Virus record (IMG/VR): IMGVR_UViG_3300044712_000538
Span: 11,940 to 75,939 of that record
Strand: one strand, 5' to 3'
DNA length: 64,000 nt
Source: a virus
Shown here: positions 55,756-64,000 of the stretch, in pieces
How the letters are laid out: each line of letters begins with the position of its first letter
How positions within the stretch are numbered: the stretch's first letter is position 1
The notes under the pieces: generated by a model
What the model was told of the DNA's origin: nothing
The model's database searches: none
Seen by the model: the letters and a program-made list of their open reading frames with translations, nothing else
Program-made: the position numbers and the translations under genes

Positions 55756-57750
55756 ATGGCTCTTGCAGAAAAGACAGTCCGTTTTGTTTTCCCCGTAAGG
55801 AAAACTACACTCGCCACGAACACCACCCTTGCCACGGCAACGGAGCATGATTTTGGCGATATAACTATCCAGTTACCTGAATCGTCGAAAACATTCAGGA
55901 GTGTTGTGGTTCGGCTCACGCACCGGATGGGTACAACCACGACTGCAAGAAGGTTGGATGGAGTTCGGATTGGTGTCCAGATTGATGCGGTTTCCCCTGC
56001 GGGTAATGACGCAACAGGAACGGGTGTTGCTGCAACAGGTGATCCATACTCCCATGTGATAGACTACGATGCAACCGCCCACTTTGTAAATAACTATTCC
56101 GGGACTAGTCATACATTTGGTGTCACTTGTCGATACGAGCATGATGTTGCTGACGTTGTTTATCAGATCACATGCGAGGTGTTCATCACCTATACTTACC
56201 AAGACACAAGCGCAGATCAGATAAAAACAGTATCGCTTCCGCTCGAAGGTTTGACAACATGGGCTACAATAACCGCAAACACAAACATTCGCGGAACTGC
56301 TGCGGCTGGACAGATACCAGCACTGGATACATATCTTCCGGAAGGAGGGAAAGTTTATCGACAAATATGGCTTGAAATATCTGCGACCGATGGAGGTGCT
56401 GCTACAACAGACTTCAATATAAACTATTCCATTTCAGGAAGCACGACGGAAGTTGGCGCAACAATCGAACAGGGTCTTAACGGTTCTGCAAGGTGGTATG
56501 ACCTTTGGAACATTACAAGCGTAATCAATACTGCGTCTGTGCAAGACTTTCAGGCATGGAGTTCACTTGCTAACACGTTTGAGGGGCTGCATGCCGTTCT
56601 TCATATCACATACCAATTCAACCTTGCGTCCACGACGAGGGTGATGAACTCGGTAAGGCTGGCTATCAATTCCGATTTCGGAATGATTATGGGTACTGCA
56701 TCCACGGCAAGGCAAGTATATGACAATGAACTTGTAATCAACGAGCCGGGAACGATCACCATAAAACAAAGCGGAGCCCAGGTTTTTTACGGTATGACAT
56801 CCGGCACCAACGTAAGCCTTCTTTTCGAGGGAGCCGGTAAAGCTGGCGGGGCGCAAACAACATTTAGAACGTATGTTGGAAATGCGCTTACTCATGCTGG
56901 AAGCAGATGCATTTTACATAGGCTTGACCTTGCGCACGGAGGAACTGCGCTGACGCTGGCAAGGGGAAGAAATGTTATCAGAATGTCGGTGTACTCTTCG
57001 TCTGCAACAAATGCCGTTCAGGGATTGTCTGGTTGGTATTATATCAACTACGAATCGGATGTATCTTCTGCTGGTATAGGCGCTCACAACAGGAGTGTTA
57101 TGTATCATCTTGGTGGCGGGTTTAACCAAAACGTTTCCGGTGCGGTCAATCAGGAGTTTGCTACCGCCAACCAAAGAACTCCGATTATTTCGCAAGCCGA
57201 TTACTACCTGTCTGGCGTTGCGTGGGAGTTCCATAGCTTTACCTCTACGGCAAACTTCGTGAACCTGTATGCCGAAGTGCTTTCTGGAGAAAGCGGTAAG
57301 GGGGATGGATGGGCTAAAGTAAAATCATTCTCGCATGGTCAACAGGCTGAGGTTGGCTGGATTACCAATATTTGCGATGATGAAAATGATTTTGTCAGAA
57401 AGTACCCGAACGATCTGTACCGACCGAATAGGAGGAATATTCTTCTGAACATTGAAACTGCAAGGATTTATCGGTATGTAGGTAATGCAATTCTCCATCC
57501 GTCTATCAATGTATGGCTAACGATGCATAACATTACCGGCACCGTTGCGGCCAGCGTATCAGGCTCCGGTGGTAGTACGGTTAATATATCACTTATTTCT
57601 GCTGATAGGAACATAGTCCTTGACAAGACTAGCCGCGTAGGCAACGGTGCATATTCATTCACATGGTATGATCTGACCGAACAGGTGTTCACCGAAGCCA
57701 GGGAGAACGGGGTTCTGATCGGAAGGTCAGATACCTCAACTCCTGTATAG
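55756..57750 (+). CDS. Putative structural/tail protein
   Basis: 664-aa beta-rich Thr/Ser/Gly ORF in the tail cluster, no signal peptide. Confidence 0.55.
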   Translation: MALAEKTVRFVFPVRKTTLATNTTLATATEHDFGDITIQLPESSKTFRSVVVRLTHRMGTTTTARRLDGVRIGVQIDAVSPAGNDATGTGVAATGDPYSHVIDYDATAHFVNNYSGTSHTFGVTCRYEHDVADVVYQITCEVFITYTYQDTSADQIKTVSLPLEGLTTWATITANTNIRGTAAAGQIPALDTYLPEGGKVYRQIWLEISATDGGAATTDFNINYSISGSTTEVGATIEQGLNGSARWYDLWNITSVINTASVQDFQAWSSLANTFEGLHAVLHITYQFNLASTTRVMNSVRLAINSDFGMIMGTASTARQVYDNELVINEPGTITIKQSGAQVFYGMTSGTNVSLLFEGAGKAGGAQTTFRTYVGNALTHAGSRCILHRLDLAHGGTALTLARGRNVIRMSVYSSSATNAVQGLSGWYYINYESDVSSAGIGAHNRSVMYHLGGGFNQNVSGAVNQEFATANQRTPIISQADYYLSGVAWEFHSFTSTANFVNLYAEVLSGESGKGDGWAKVKSFSHGQQAEVGWITNICDDENDFVRKYPNDLYRPNRRNILLNIETARIYRYVGNAILHPSINVWLTMHNITGTVAASVSGSGGSTVNISLISADRNIVLDKTSRVGNGAYSFTWYDLTEQVFTEARENGVLIGRSDTSTPV

Positions 57751-60156
57751 ATGGCGATATTCGACATACAATTACGGGACAACAGGGTTAATCTTCCGTT
57801 TGATTCGGATGCAGATACGTTTTGCACAAACTTTGGCATTACCGATAATGCTATCAAGGCAAACATCAATTTTCTTGTAAAGGCCTTGAAGTTTTATGGC
57901 CTTTGGTCGCTGGCTGATGCAATTTATCCTATTGCCGGAGGCACTGCCGCTACGCATAAGGGTAATCTGAAAAATCCACTAGATACCGACGCTGCTTTCC
58001 GAATGACATTTTTTGGAGGGTGGACACATGCTGCAACAGGCATGACACCCAATGGAACTACCGGGTATGCAAATACGCATTACACCCCATCGGTTCAGCG
58101 GTCAAACGGATTTATGAGTGCGGGTGCTTATAGCCGCACCAATATAGATTCAGATACTCCCCTATTTTCAGCAAACTCAAACTTTAACGGCCAGTTTACT
58201 GAAATAACGCCAAGAGCGTTCAATGCTGCATATCTGGCCACATCATCTGCAACTCACGTTCAGATCGCATGTACCGACAGTCGAGGGTGGTTCCTTACAT
58301 CAAGAGAAGGATCTACTGATATGTGGGGACAGGTTGATCAAACACAACTTGGAAGTTCGTATGCTACCGCAGTCCCAACCGTAAGCATATATTTTGGAGC
58401 GAGGAACGTAAACGGAAGTTCCGTTGATAGGTATTCTACAAGAGAAATTGCATTTGGATGGTTTGGCGCACCACTCACTGAGGCGCAAGGCTTAACTCTT
58501 CGCAGGATTGTTCAGGCTTATCAAACCAGAATGGGTCGGCAGATTGGTACTGCTGACTATATGTACGAACTGGATGCATTCGAGCTGGCCTTATATGTCA
58601 TGGGCGGGACTAGTGCCCGGTGGAACTTCACGAAGACACCATATGCGGTTGCCGGTAACAATAACATGGTTGCTGGACCTACTGTTGGAAACCTTTCGCA
58701 AACAGATCCGGCTACCGGATGGACGCTAATCACAAATGGTGGTGAGTGGGAGCCATACTTAGGATCGTTCCAGGCTTTGAACAATGGAGAAGGTGGATCA
58801 AGCGCCGGGTCACCTACTTATACCACGTTCAGCGCAGAAGAATTGCAAGGTGGATTTCTTCAAGCGGGACATACAACGGAAAGCGGCGGTAAGTATCCTT
58901 TTGAGTTTACTAATCTTCCGGCTGGAACATATAAGCTATACTTAATTGGATCTATAAAATCAACGATTAACGGGAACGTGCCCAATGGTCGTTTTAAGGT
59001 AAAGTTTGGCTCCGCTGCTCCTACTACCCAAGGTATTGCTCAACAGAGCAACTATACTACTCCTGCTCTTGTTTTTGAAGGAACGATAGCGGAAGGAGAA
59101 AAAATCGAGTTTGGTCCATATACACTTACTGAAAGTAATGGTGATGCGACGATATGTAACTGTCTTTTAATTGAGAAGATTGAAACGACAAACATTACCA
59201 AGAATCCTGGAATTGGCCAGGTGGTAATTACTGGTATTGCTCCAGCTATTTCAAACCCACGGTTGGTCAATCCGGGCATTGGTGCCGTGGCGGTTACGGG
59301 TATCGTTCCGGGAATAGCCCAATCACAGGTTTTATCTCCGGGGATCGGGGATGTTCTGGTTACTGGTATTGCTCCGCTGCTTTCAAGGGCAATTACCCCC
59401 GGAATAGGTGCCGTTCAGGTTACCGGTCTTGCTCCAGCTTTGATCCGGGCAATAACTCCCGGCATTGGCGAAGTGGCCGTTGGCGGTATTTCTCCGTCCC
59501 TTATCCTTGGCGTATCCCCCGGTGCCGGGTCCGTGTTGCTTACCGGCATCGCTCCGGGTATTTCGATCTCGGACAACAAGATCTTGAATCCGGGATTATC
59601 ACAAATAGCCATAACCGGTCTGGTGCCGGTCATTGACAAGGCTTTGGCTCCCGGTATCGGATCTATCGTTGTGGGGGGCATATCACCGGCTTTGGGCCTT
59701 TCCATAACTCCGGGTGCGGCAGCGGTCATCGTAACTGGTCTGGCTCCGACCGTTGGCCTGCCGGGATCTATCAATCCGGGGATCGCTCAAGTTCTTGTTT
59801 CCGGCCTGAATCCGGGCATATCGGTTACGAATAACGTATATGTATATCCCGGAATATCAAGCATATTGCTGGATGGATATGCGCCGGCACTCGATCTCCT
59901 TATCAATCCGGGTCCGTCCGGCATTCTGGTGGATGGTATTGCCCCGCTGATCATCCTGCCAAGAATCATAGAGCCTGGGCTTTCGCAGATACTTATTACT
60001 GGCATCCAGCCGGGCGTTACGGTGGTCCCGTTCGGTGCCAAAATAAAGGTGTGGGATGGCGTTCAATTCAAATCTGGATTGTTAAAAGTGTGGAGGGATG
60101 GCCAGTTTAAAGACGGGACTCTTTGGCGTTATATGGGGGATGGAAATTTCCAGTAA
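57751..60156 (+). CDS. Putative fibre protein with lectin-like N-terminus and 13 C-terminal PG repeats
   Basis: LVKALKFYGLW..AIYPIAGGTA..HK.NLKNP..GGWTH..G..PNGTTGYANT; repeats xPGIGxVxVTGIAP. Confidence 0.65.
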   Translation: MAIFDIQLRDNRVNLPFDSDADTFCTNFGITDNAIKANINFLVKALKFYGLWSLADAIYPIAGGTAATHKGNLKNPLDTDAAFRMTFFGGWTHAATGMTPNGTTGYANTHYTPSVQRSNGFMSAGAYSRTNIDSDTPLFSANSNFNGQFTEITPRAFNAAYLATSSATHVQIACTDSRGWFLTSREGSTDMWGQVDQTQLGSSYATAVPTVSIYFGARNVNGSSVDRYSTREIAFGWFGAPLTEAQGLTLRRIVQAYQTRMGRQIGTADYMYELDAFELALYVMGGTSARWNFTKTPYAVAGNNNMVAGPTVGNLSQTDPATGWTLITNGGEWEPYLGSFQALNNGEGGSSAGSPTYTTFSAEELQGGFLQAGHTTESGGKYPFEFTNLPAGTYKLYLIGSIKSTINGNVPNGRFKVKFGSAAPTTQGIAQQSNYTTPALVFEGTIAEGEKIEFGPYTLTESNGDATICNCLLIEKIETTNITKNPGIGQVVITGIAPAISNPRLVNPGIGAVAVTGIVPGIAQSQVLSPGIGDVLVTGIAPLLSRAITPGIGAVQVTGLAPALIRAITPGIGEVAVGGISPSLILGVSPGAGSVLLTGIAPGISISDNKILNPGLSQIAITGLVPVIDKALAPGIGSIVVGGISPALGLSITPGAAAVIVTGLAPTVGLPGSINPGIAQVLVSGLNPGISVTNNVYVYPGISSILLDGYAPALDLLINPGPSGILVDGIAPLIILPRIIEPGLSQILITGIQPGVTVVPFGAKIKVWDGVQFKSGLLKVWRDGQFKDGTLWRYMGDGNFQ
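59203..60030 (+). repeat. About 13 tandem 20-24-aa coding repeats (PGIGxVxVTGxAP)
   Basis: Visible in the translation of 57751-60156. Confidence 0.8.
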
Positions 60157-60207
60157 AAAAGGGTGCATTTGGATTTTCAATTTCTATTTTCGTAAAAACA
60201 TACAGTC

Positions 60208-60573
60208 ATGAAGTTTTTTGAAATGCTCGATGTAAATCTCATCCACCTTTTTTACGCCTTCCTTGGCGTACTTATGCATTTCCTCAAAACCTGGTTGGCC
60301 GCGGTACGCAGGAAAGAGGTGTTTTTCAAGCAGGAAACGCAGATATACTATATCCTGAACTGCATCACGGCTTTCGCGGTTACGGCTATTGGCGCAGACA
60401 TGCCCCCGGATGTGTATGTCCCATCGCCGGCATCTGCGCTGCTGGTCGGTATTTCTGCTCCTTCTATCCTGTCCGGGTTTATGCGGTACAAAGCGCCAGG
60501 GGAAAACGTATCCGAGGAAACGGACATACTCAAAATCACCAAAGATTCCAGAACAACAAATCAACAACCATGA
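60208..60573 (+). CDS. Holin-like membrane protein
   Basis: 2-3 hydrophobic segments; first gene of the lysis cluster; TATTTTCG -7-like element at 60185. Confidence 0.55.
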   Translation: MKFFEMLDVNLIHLFYAFLGVLMHFLKTWLAAVRRKEVFFKQETQIYYILNCITAFAVTAIGADMPPDVYVPSPASALLVGISAPSILSGFMRYKAPGENVSEETDILKITKDSRTTNQQP

Positions 60574-60848
60574 TTACAAAAATGCTCATTCTCGTTCTCT
60601 GCTGGCTGGTAGGATATGCAATCTCAGCCCTCTTGTCTTGGTACACATCCAAGGACGGATTCTCCGTGAAGGATCTGCTCCCGCAAATGATTCTGTCCGT
60701 AGTTATCGGCATTGTCGCAAGCTTCTTTGTGGCAAAGATTGACCTGAACGACTGGATCGTGTGGGCGGCGTTCATCTTCTTCGGGTTTATCTCCGAAACC
60801 ATCATCAAGTTTATCGCTAAAAAAGCCAAGCAAATCAACGGAGAATGA
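60570..60848 (+). CDS. Holin-like membrane protein
   Basis: Three TM segments, basic C-terminus. Confidence 0.6.
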   Translation: MITKMLILVLCWLVGYAISALLSWYTSKDGFSVKDLLPQMILSVVIGIVASFFVAKIDLNDWIVWAAFIFFGFISETIIKFIAKKAKQINGE

Positions 60849-61495
60849 AAACGATCCTGACTGGCATACTATTCATCTTTCTGGCATCGTCCTGCGTTAC
60901 GGCCTCCAAGGTCGATAGATGGCTGGACCGGCACCCGCTGCATGAAGCAACCCGGTGCGCCGATAAATTCCCCTGCGTTACGACCGGGATTGATGTGAAG
61001 GTGGATAGTACGGCCTACAAAAAGGCTCTGGATAGCGTCCGGGTAATGATCGATGCCCTGGATTCGCTTATCCGCTCCAGGAACAACATCCCTGTCGTTC
61101 CTGCCCGGCCGGTGCCCGATGAAGATCCGGTTGCGGTCCCGGTGGTATATGCAGATGGCATAGAGCCCCTGCTCAGGGAGCTGGATGCCCTCAGAAGGCT
61201 GGTATCCCGCATACCGGCCGTTACCATTGACACGACCAGAAAGATTAAGGATTCGGCTGAAACAAAGAAGCTTCTTTTAACAGTAGATCTATACAAAGAC
61301 TCAACAAATTATTTTAGGGGACAGGCCAACACTTTTGAAAAGCAGGCTACGGTCGCAAAATCAAAGCTGAGAAGCCTATGGACTGGTATTATTTTCATCC
61401 TGCTATTGCTGATCGTTATTGCGGTCTTCATCATGCGGGCGAAGGGAGTTTTATCTCTAATACCGTTCAACCTATTCAGATCAAAAAAAGTATAA
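60845..61495 (+). CDS. Lipoprotein with C-terminal TM helix (unimolecular spanin-like)
   Basis: Lipobox FLASS|C, coiled coil, C-terminal LWTGIIFILLLLIVIAVFIM. Confidence 0.65.
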   Translation: MKTILTGILFIFLASSCVTASKVDRWLDRHPLHEATRCADKFPCVTTGIDVKVDSTAYKKALDSVRVMIDALDSLIRSRNNIPVVPARPVPDEDPVAVPVVYADGIEPLLRELDALRRLVSRIPAVTIDTTRKIKDSAETKKLLLTVDLYKDSTNYFRGQANTFEKQATVAKSKLRSLWTGIIFILLLLIVIAVFIMRAKGVLSLIPFNLFRSKKV

Positions 61496-61506
61496 CAGTA
61501 GGGCAT

Positions 61507-61725
61507 ATGACTGAAAGGCTGGTAATTTTCATCGCTGGTCAGTTTATCGCATTTTTTGTGGCGCTGGCCAAGATCTACTCCGACCAACAGGCAAAGAACC
61601 GGGAGTTTGAATTGGAGATCCGTTCCCTGAAATCTACCGAGGACGAAATGAACCGGAAGATGGATCGGCTACTCAGCGAGATCATTGAAATTAAGTTGAC
61701 ATTAAAAGACAAGCAGAACAGATGA
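61507..61725 (+). CDS. Membrane-anchored coiled-coil protein (holin/antiholin-like)
   Basis: Start at ATG 61507; N-terminal TM then coiled coil; overlaps the endolysin start. Confidence 0.6.
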   Translation: MTERLVIFIAGQFIAFFVALAKIYSDQQAKNREFELEIRSLKSTEDEMNRKMDRLLSEIIEIKLTLKDKQNR

Positions 61726-62252
61726 CAAGCGGAGAATACATTGTGCAAATCGCCAGGAAGTACCTTGGTATTCAGGAATTGAAGAACAATTCCGGATGGT
61801 CCGACAAAGTGTTTCAGAAACGCATGGAGGATGTTGGCTGGAAGGTCGGTGAATCGTACTGCGTCTATTGGGCCGAACTGGTATGGAAGGAAGCATATGC
61901 CCTGCATCCGGCCATGCTGAAAAGGCTGGACGAACTGTTTTCCGGATCTGCTACCCGGACCCACAAAAACTTTTCTCTGGCGGCAAGCGAATTTAAGCTT
62001 CACCCTACCATCCCGGTGCCGGGTGCCTTGGCTATCTGGAGGTACGGGAACGGCTGGATGGGGCATGCAGGGATCGTTACCGAGCCGGAAAAGGTGAAGT
62101 TCCATACCATTGAGGCTAATACCAATGCCTCCGGTGGCCGGGAGGGGATCGAGATCGCGGGAAAAACTCGCCAGGTTGGATTGCCGTATAAGGCAAAAGG
62201 GTTAAATTTACTCGGGTTTGTTTACCCACCCAATTTGATTGGGAAACCTTAA
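61722..62252 (+). CDS. Endolysin, CHAP domain
   Basis: ARKYLGIQE..NN; SYCVYW (Cys); PVPGALAIW..GHAGIV (His); TIEANT. Confidence 0.85.
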   Translation: MTSGEYIVQIARKYLGIQELKNNSGWSDKVFQKRMEDVGWKVGESYCVYWAELVWKEAYALHPAMLKRLDELFSGSATRTHKNFSLAASEFKLHPTIPVPGALAIWRYGNGWMGHAGIVTEPEKVKFHTIEANTNASGGREGIEIAGKTRQVGLPYKAKGLNLLGFVYPPNLIGKP

Positions 62253-62263
62253 AAATCAATACC

Positions 62264-62305
62264 ATGGCAAAAGGAAAGAAAAAAGGCGGCAAAAAGATTT
62301 GTTAA
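62264..62305 (+). CDS. Putative 13-aa basic micropeptide MAKGKKKGGKKIC
   Basis: A-rich leader AAAAATCAATACC-ATG like other genes here; sits before the operon terminator. Confidence 0.4.
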   Translation: MAKGKKKGGKKIC

Positions 62306-62324
62306 GCCCCGCCCCCTCACGGGC

Positions 62325-62349
62325 ACCCGCCGCTCGGCGGGTTTTTTTT
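62325..62349 (+). terminator. Intrinsic terminator ending the lysis operon
   Basis: ACCCGCC-GCTC-GGCGGGT-TTTTTTT. Confidence 0.8.
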
Positions 62350-62377
62350 GCCAATTCCGAATTAGGTTATAAATTTA
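62348..62377 (+). promoter_or_regulatory. Bacteroidota-type promoter for the replication module
   Basis: TTG-N19-TAAATTTA. Confidence 0.55.
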
Positions 62378-62382
62378 CAACC

Positions 62383-62616
62383 ATGAGTAACAACAAGAAC
62401 AACAGGCCAGCCAGGGCGATAGGCCAACTGGAACTGACTGAGATAACTACTGCATGGGAGAATATCCCCCATGGCGGCAAAGGGAAGGTGGTGGAAGCTG
62501 CCGGCATTTCATGGGCATCGATCCACAATATCCTTGGCGGGAAGAACGCTGAGATAAAGTCTATCAGGAGCCTTCGGGTGGCACTCGGACTGAGTGCCGA
62601 TCCCATGGAATCCTGA
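62383..62616 (+). CDS. Small HTH (XRE/Cro-like) regulator
   Basis: Start at ATG 62383; KVVEAAGISWASIHNILGGKNAEIKSIRSLRVALG. Confidence 0.65.
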   Translation: MSNNKNNRPARAIGQLELTEITTAWENIPHGGKGKVVEAAGISWASIHNILGGKNAEIKSIRSLRVALGLSADPMES

Positions 62617-62679
62617 ATTTCTGAAACACACAACCGGGGAGGGACCTCCTCCCCACCGAATTAAAAACCACAACATACA

Positions 62680-63348
62680 ATGGGAGCGACTACGAACGAC
62701 AAGAGCCAGCTACTCTACCTGAACAAGGGGAGATTCAATTTCCGGATTGACGATAAAACATGGGGGTCCCATGAGGCATGGGAGGGTTATATCCGGAACG
62801 TAACATGGAAATTCATCGAAGGGAAGGACAACAGGCCCGGCTACGAGGCCATCAACCTTCACATGGATGACGGGCAAGAAAAGGCGGTTATTACATGCCG
62901 GTTTGATTCCGGGTATGGCCGCGGCATCGCTCAGACGCTTTTTGGAGCGGACCTGAATCGCCCGGTAAAGGTATCGGCATCTTACTCGGAAGAGAACGGG
63001 GAGAAGCGCGGCAGCTTTTTCATGAATCAGGGCGGCCAGTCGATCAAATGGGCGTTCACTAAGGACAAGCCTAATGGAATGCCCGAGGCAAAGGTTTATG
63101 AAATCCCCGGAAAGCCACCGGTGATTGACCGGACCGAACAACTGGCATGGCTGAAAGCAAAGATCCAGTCGGAAGTTCTCCCGAAGATCCCGCATGCGTT
63201 ATTCCTGAACATGGGGGCTCAACCCATGGCGGCCAATTCCCTTCCCGGATCTCAGGCCGTCCAGGATGTACGGGCCGCAATGGCAACGAAGGCCGCTGGA
63301 CCGTCCATGGCCGATGATGCTATTCCTGATGACGATCTGCCCTTCTGA
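62680..63348 (+). CDS. Single-stranded DNA-binding protein-like
   Basis: Beta-rich N-terminal domain, flexible linker, acidic DDDLPF C-terminus. Confidence 0.7.
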   Translation: MGATTNDKSQLLYLNKGRFNFRIDDKTWGSHEAWEGYIRNVTWKFIEGKDNRPGYEAINLHMDDGQEKAVITCRFDSGYGRGIAQTLFGADLNRPVKVSASYSEENGEKRGSFFMNQGGQSIKWAFTKDKPNGMPEAKVYEIPGKPPVIDRTEQLAWLKAKIQSEVLPKIPHALFLNMGAQPMAANSLPGSQAVQDVRAAMATKAAGPSMADDAIPDDDLPF

Positions 63349-63411
63349 TAATGAAAACCGCCGTCAAGATTATCCTTTTGGTGATATTGTCGGCGGTTTT
63401 TACCTTACCCT

Positions 63412-63720
63412 ATGCAATTCTTGTTTATGCTCGAAGACAAGTTCTCCTATCGTGGGAACTTATATGCCGCTGCAGGAGAAAAATGCAGGATCGTTTCAAA
63501 GTATGGGGAAGTGTATATCGTAGAAAGTCCGGGCGGCATTCGATTCTCAGTACACGAAAGCAAAACCACGACCGACCATGACAAAGCAATCCCTCAAAGC
63601 CCTGTCCCAACGGGCAGGGAAACCAAAGACCCCTCTTTACATTCCAAGGGAATACATCGAAAAGCCGCTGGAGGAAAGGGCAGAAATATTCCTGGCGCAC
63701 CTCCGGGAAGTCTGTTCTAA
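63412..63720 (+). CDS. Hypothetical protein (SH3-like N-terminus)
   Basis: YAAAGEKCRIVSKYGEVYIVESPGGIRFSV; 3' part overlaps the next gene. Confidence 0.45.
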   Translation: MQFLFMLEDKFSYRGNLYAAAGEKCRIVSKYGEVYIVESPGGIRFSVHESKTTTDHDKAIPQSPVPTGRETKDPSLHSKGIHRKAAGGKGRNIPGAPPGSLF

Positions 63721-63898
63721 CGAACCGCCGGTCCGGATCAAGGCATTCTATGACTACTGGACCGCTCCCCTGCAGGACGCTCCCAACGTCATGCGGATGG
63801 AAGCCGAGGATACATGGTCCACTAAGGGACGCATGGCGACATGGAGGCGATTTGAAAGCGTTACTCACGATACCCCTCAGACTCGAATTATCAAATGA
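63578..63898 (+). CDS. Protein resembling the C-terminal domain of Bacteroidota phage replication initiators
   Basis: IKAFYDYWT...MRMEAEDTW...RMATWRR. Confidence 0.55.
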   Translation: MTKQSLKALSQRAGKPKTPLYIPREYIEKPLEERAEIFLAHLREVCSNEPPVRIKAFYDYWTAPLQDAPNVMRMEAEDTWSTKGRMATWRRFESVTHDTPQTRIIK

Positions 63899-64000
63899 TC
63901 AAGATTGACTCCTTCATCATCAATCCGGAAACCAAGAACTTTGGCGAGATCATATCCCGCCCATCGTCGATGCTGCTGGACCAGTTCCTTATCTTTAATC
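63895..64000 (+). CDS. Start of next gene (truncated by window edge)
   Basis: ATGA overlap; MIKIDSFIINPETKNFGEII... open to the end. Confidence 0.5.
   Translation, partial: MIKIDSFIINPETKNFGEIISRPSSMLLDQFLIFN

Noticed and set aside
45840-60156. Diversity-generating retroelement or invertible fibre cassette
   Set aside because: No reverse transcriptase, TR/VR pair or invertase visible in this window
63351-63581. 76-aa hydrophobic ORF after SSB
   Set aside because: Largely overlaps 63412-63720, which looks more protein-like; cannot decide between them, so not listed as a feature
11296-63898. Stop-codon reassignment (known in some crAss-like phages)
   Set aside because: Genes are full length and tightly packed under the standard code; TAA, TGA and TAG all end genes; no suppressor tRNA seen

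Overview
The whole window reads as one dsDNA phage genome segment with a Bacteroidota host. The host call rests on TTG-N19-TAnnTTTG-type promoters, A/C-rich leaders without Shine-Dalgarno sequences, and signal peptides ending before Gln. No host housekeeping genes are visible. The virion module is crAss-like/podoviral. Layout: (i) 1-10.2 kb, minus-strand 'early' arm of small genes (C5 DNA methyltransferase, RadC/JAB, DUF2786-, DUF6876- and LPD-like proteins) driven by three related promoters with 20-bp-phased GATGAGCGGT boxes; (ii) 10.2-11.3 kb, non-coding divergence region with a clear XerC/D dif-like site and a possible structured RNA; (iii) 11.3-60.2 kb, plus-strand morphogenesis arm with GroES-like genes, tail ring/muzzle proteins, ejection proteins, a 4444-aa polyvalent protein (N6-MTase + Strawberry-notch SF2 helicase + zincin) where crAss-like phages usually encode a virion RNA polymerase, terminase, portal, scaffold, major capsid and fibres; (iv) lysis cassette (holin-like genes, u-spanin-like lipoprotein, CHAP endolysin); (v) start of a replication module (HTH, SSB). 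The most unusual signals are tail-fibre/depolymerase-like genes with Sec signal peptides and many Bacteroidota O-glycosylation sequons, the phage-borne dif site, the phased-repeat early regulon, and a short promoter-terminator unit antisense to shared gene leaders. All product calls come from motif recognition by eye, not database searches.
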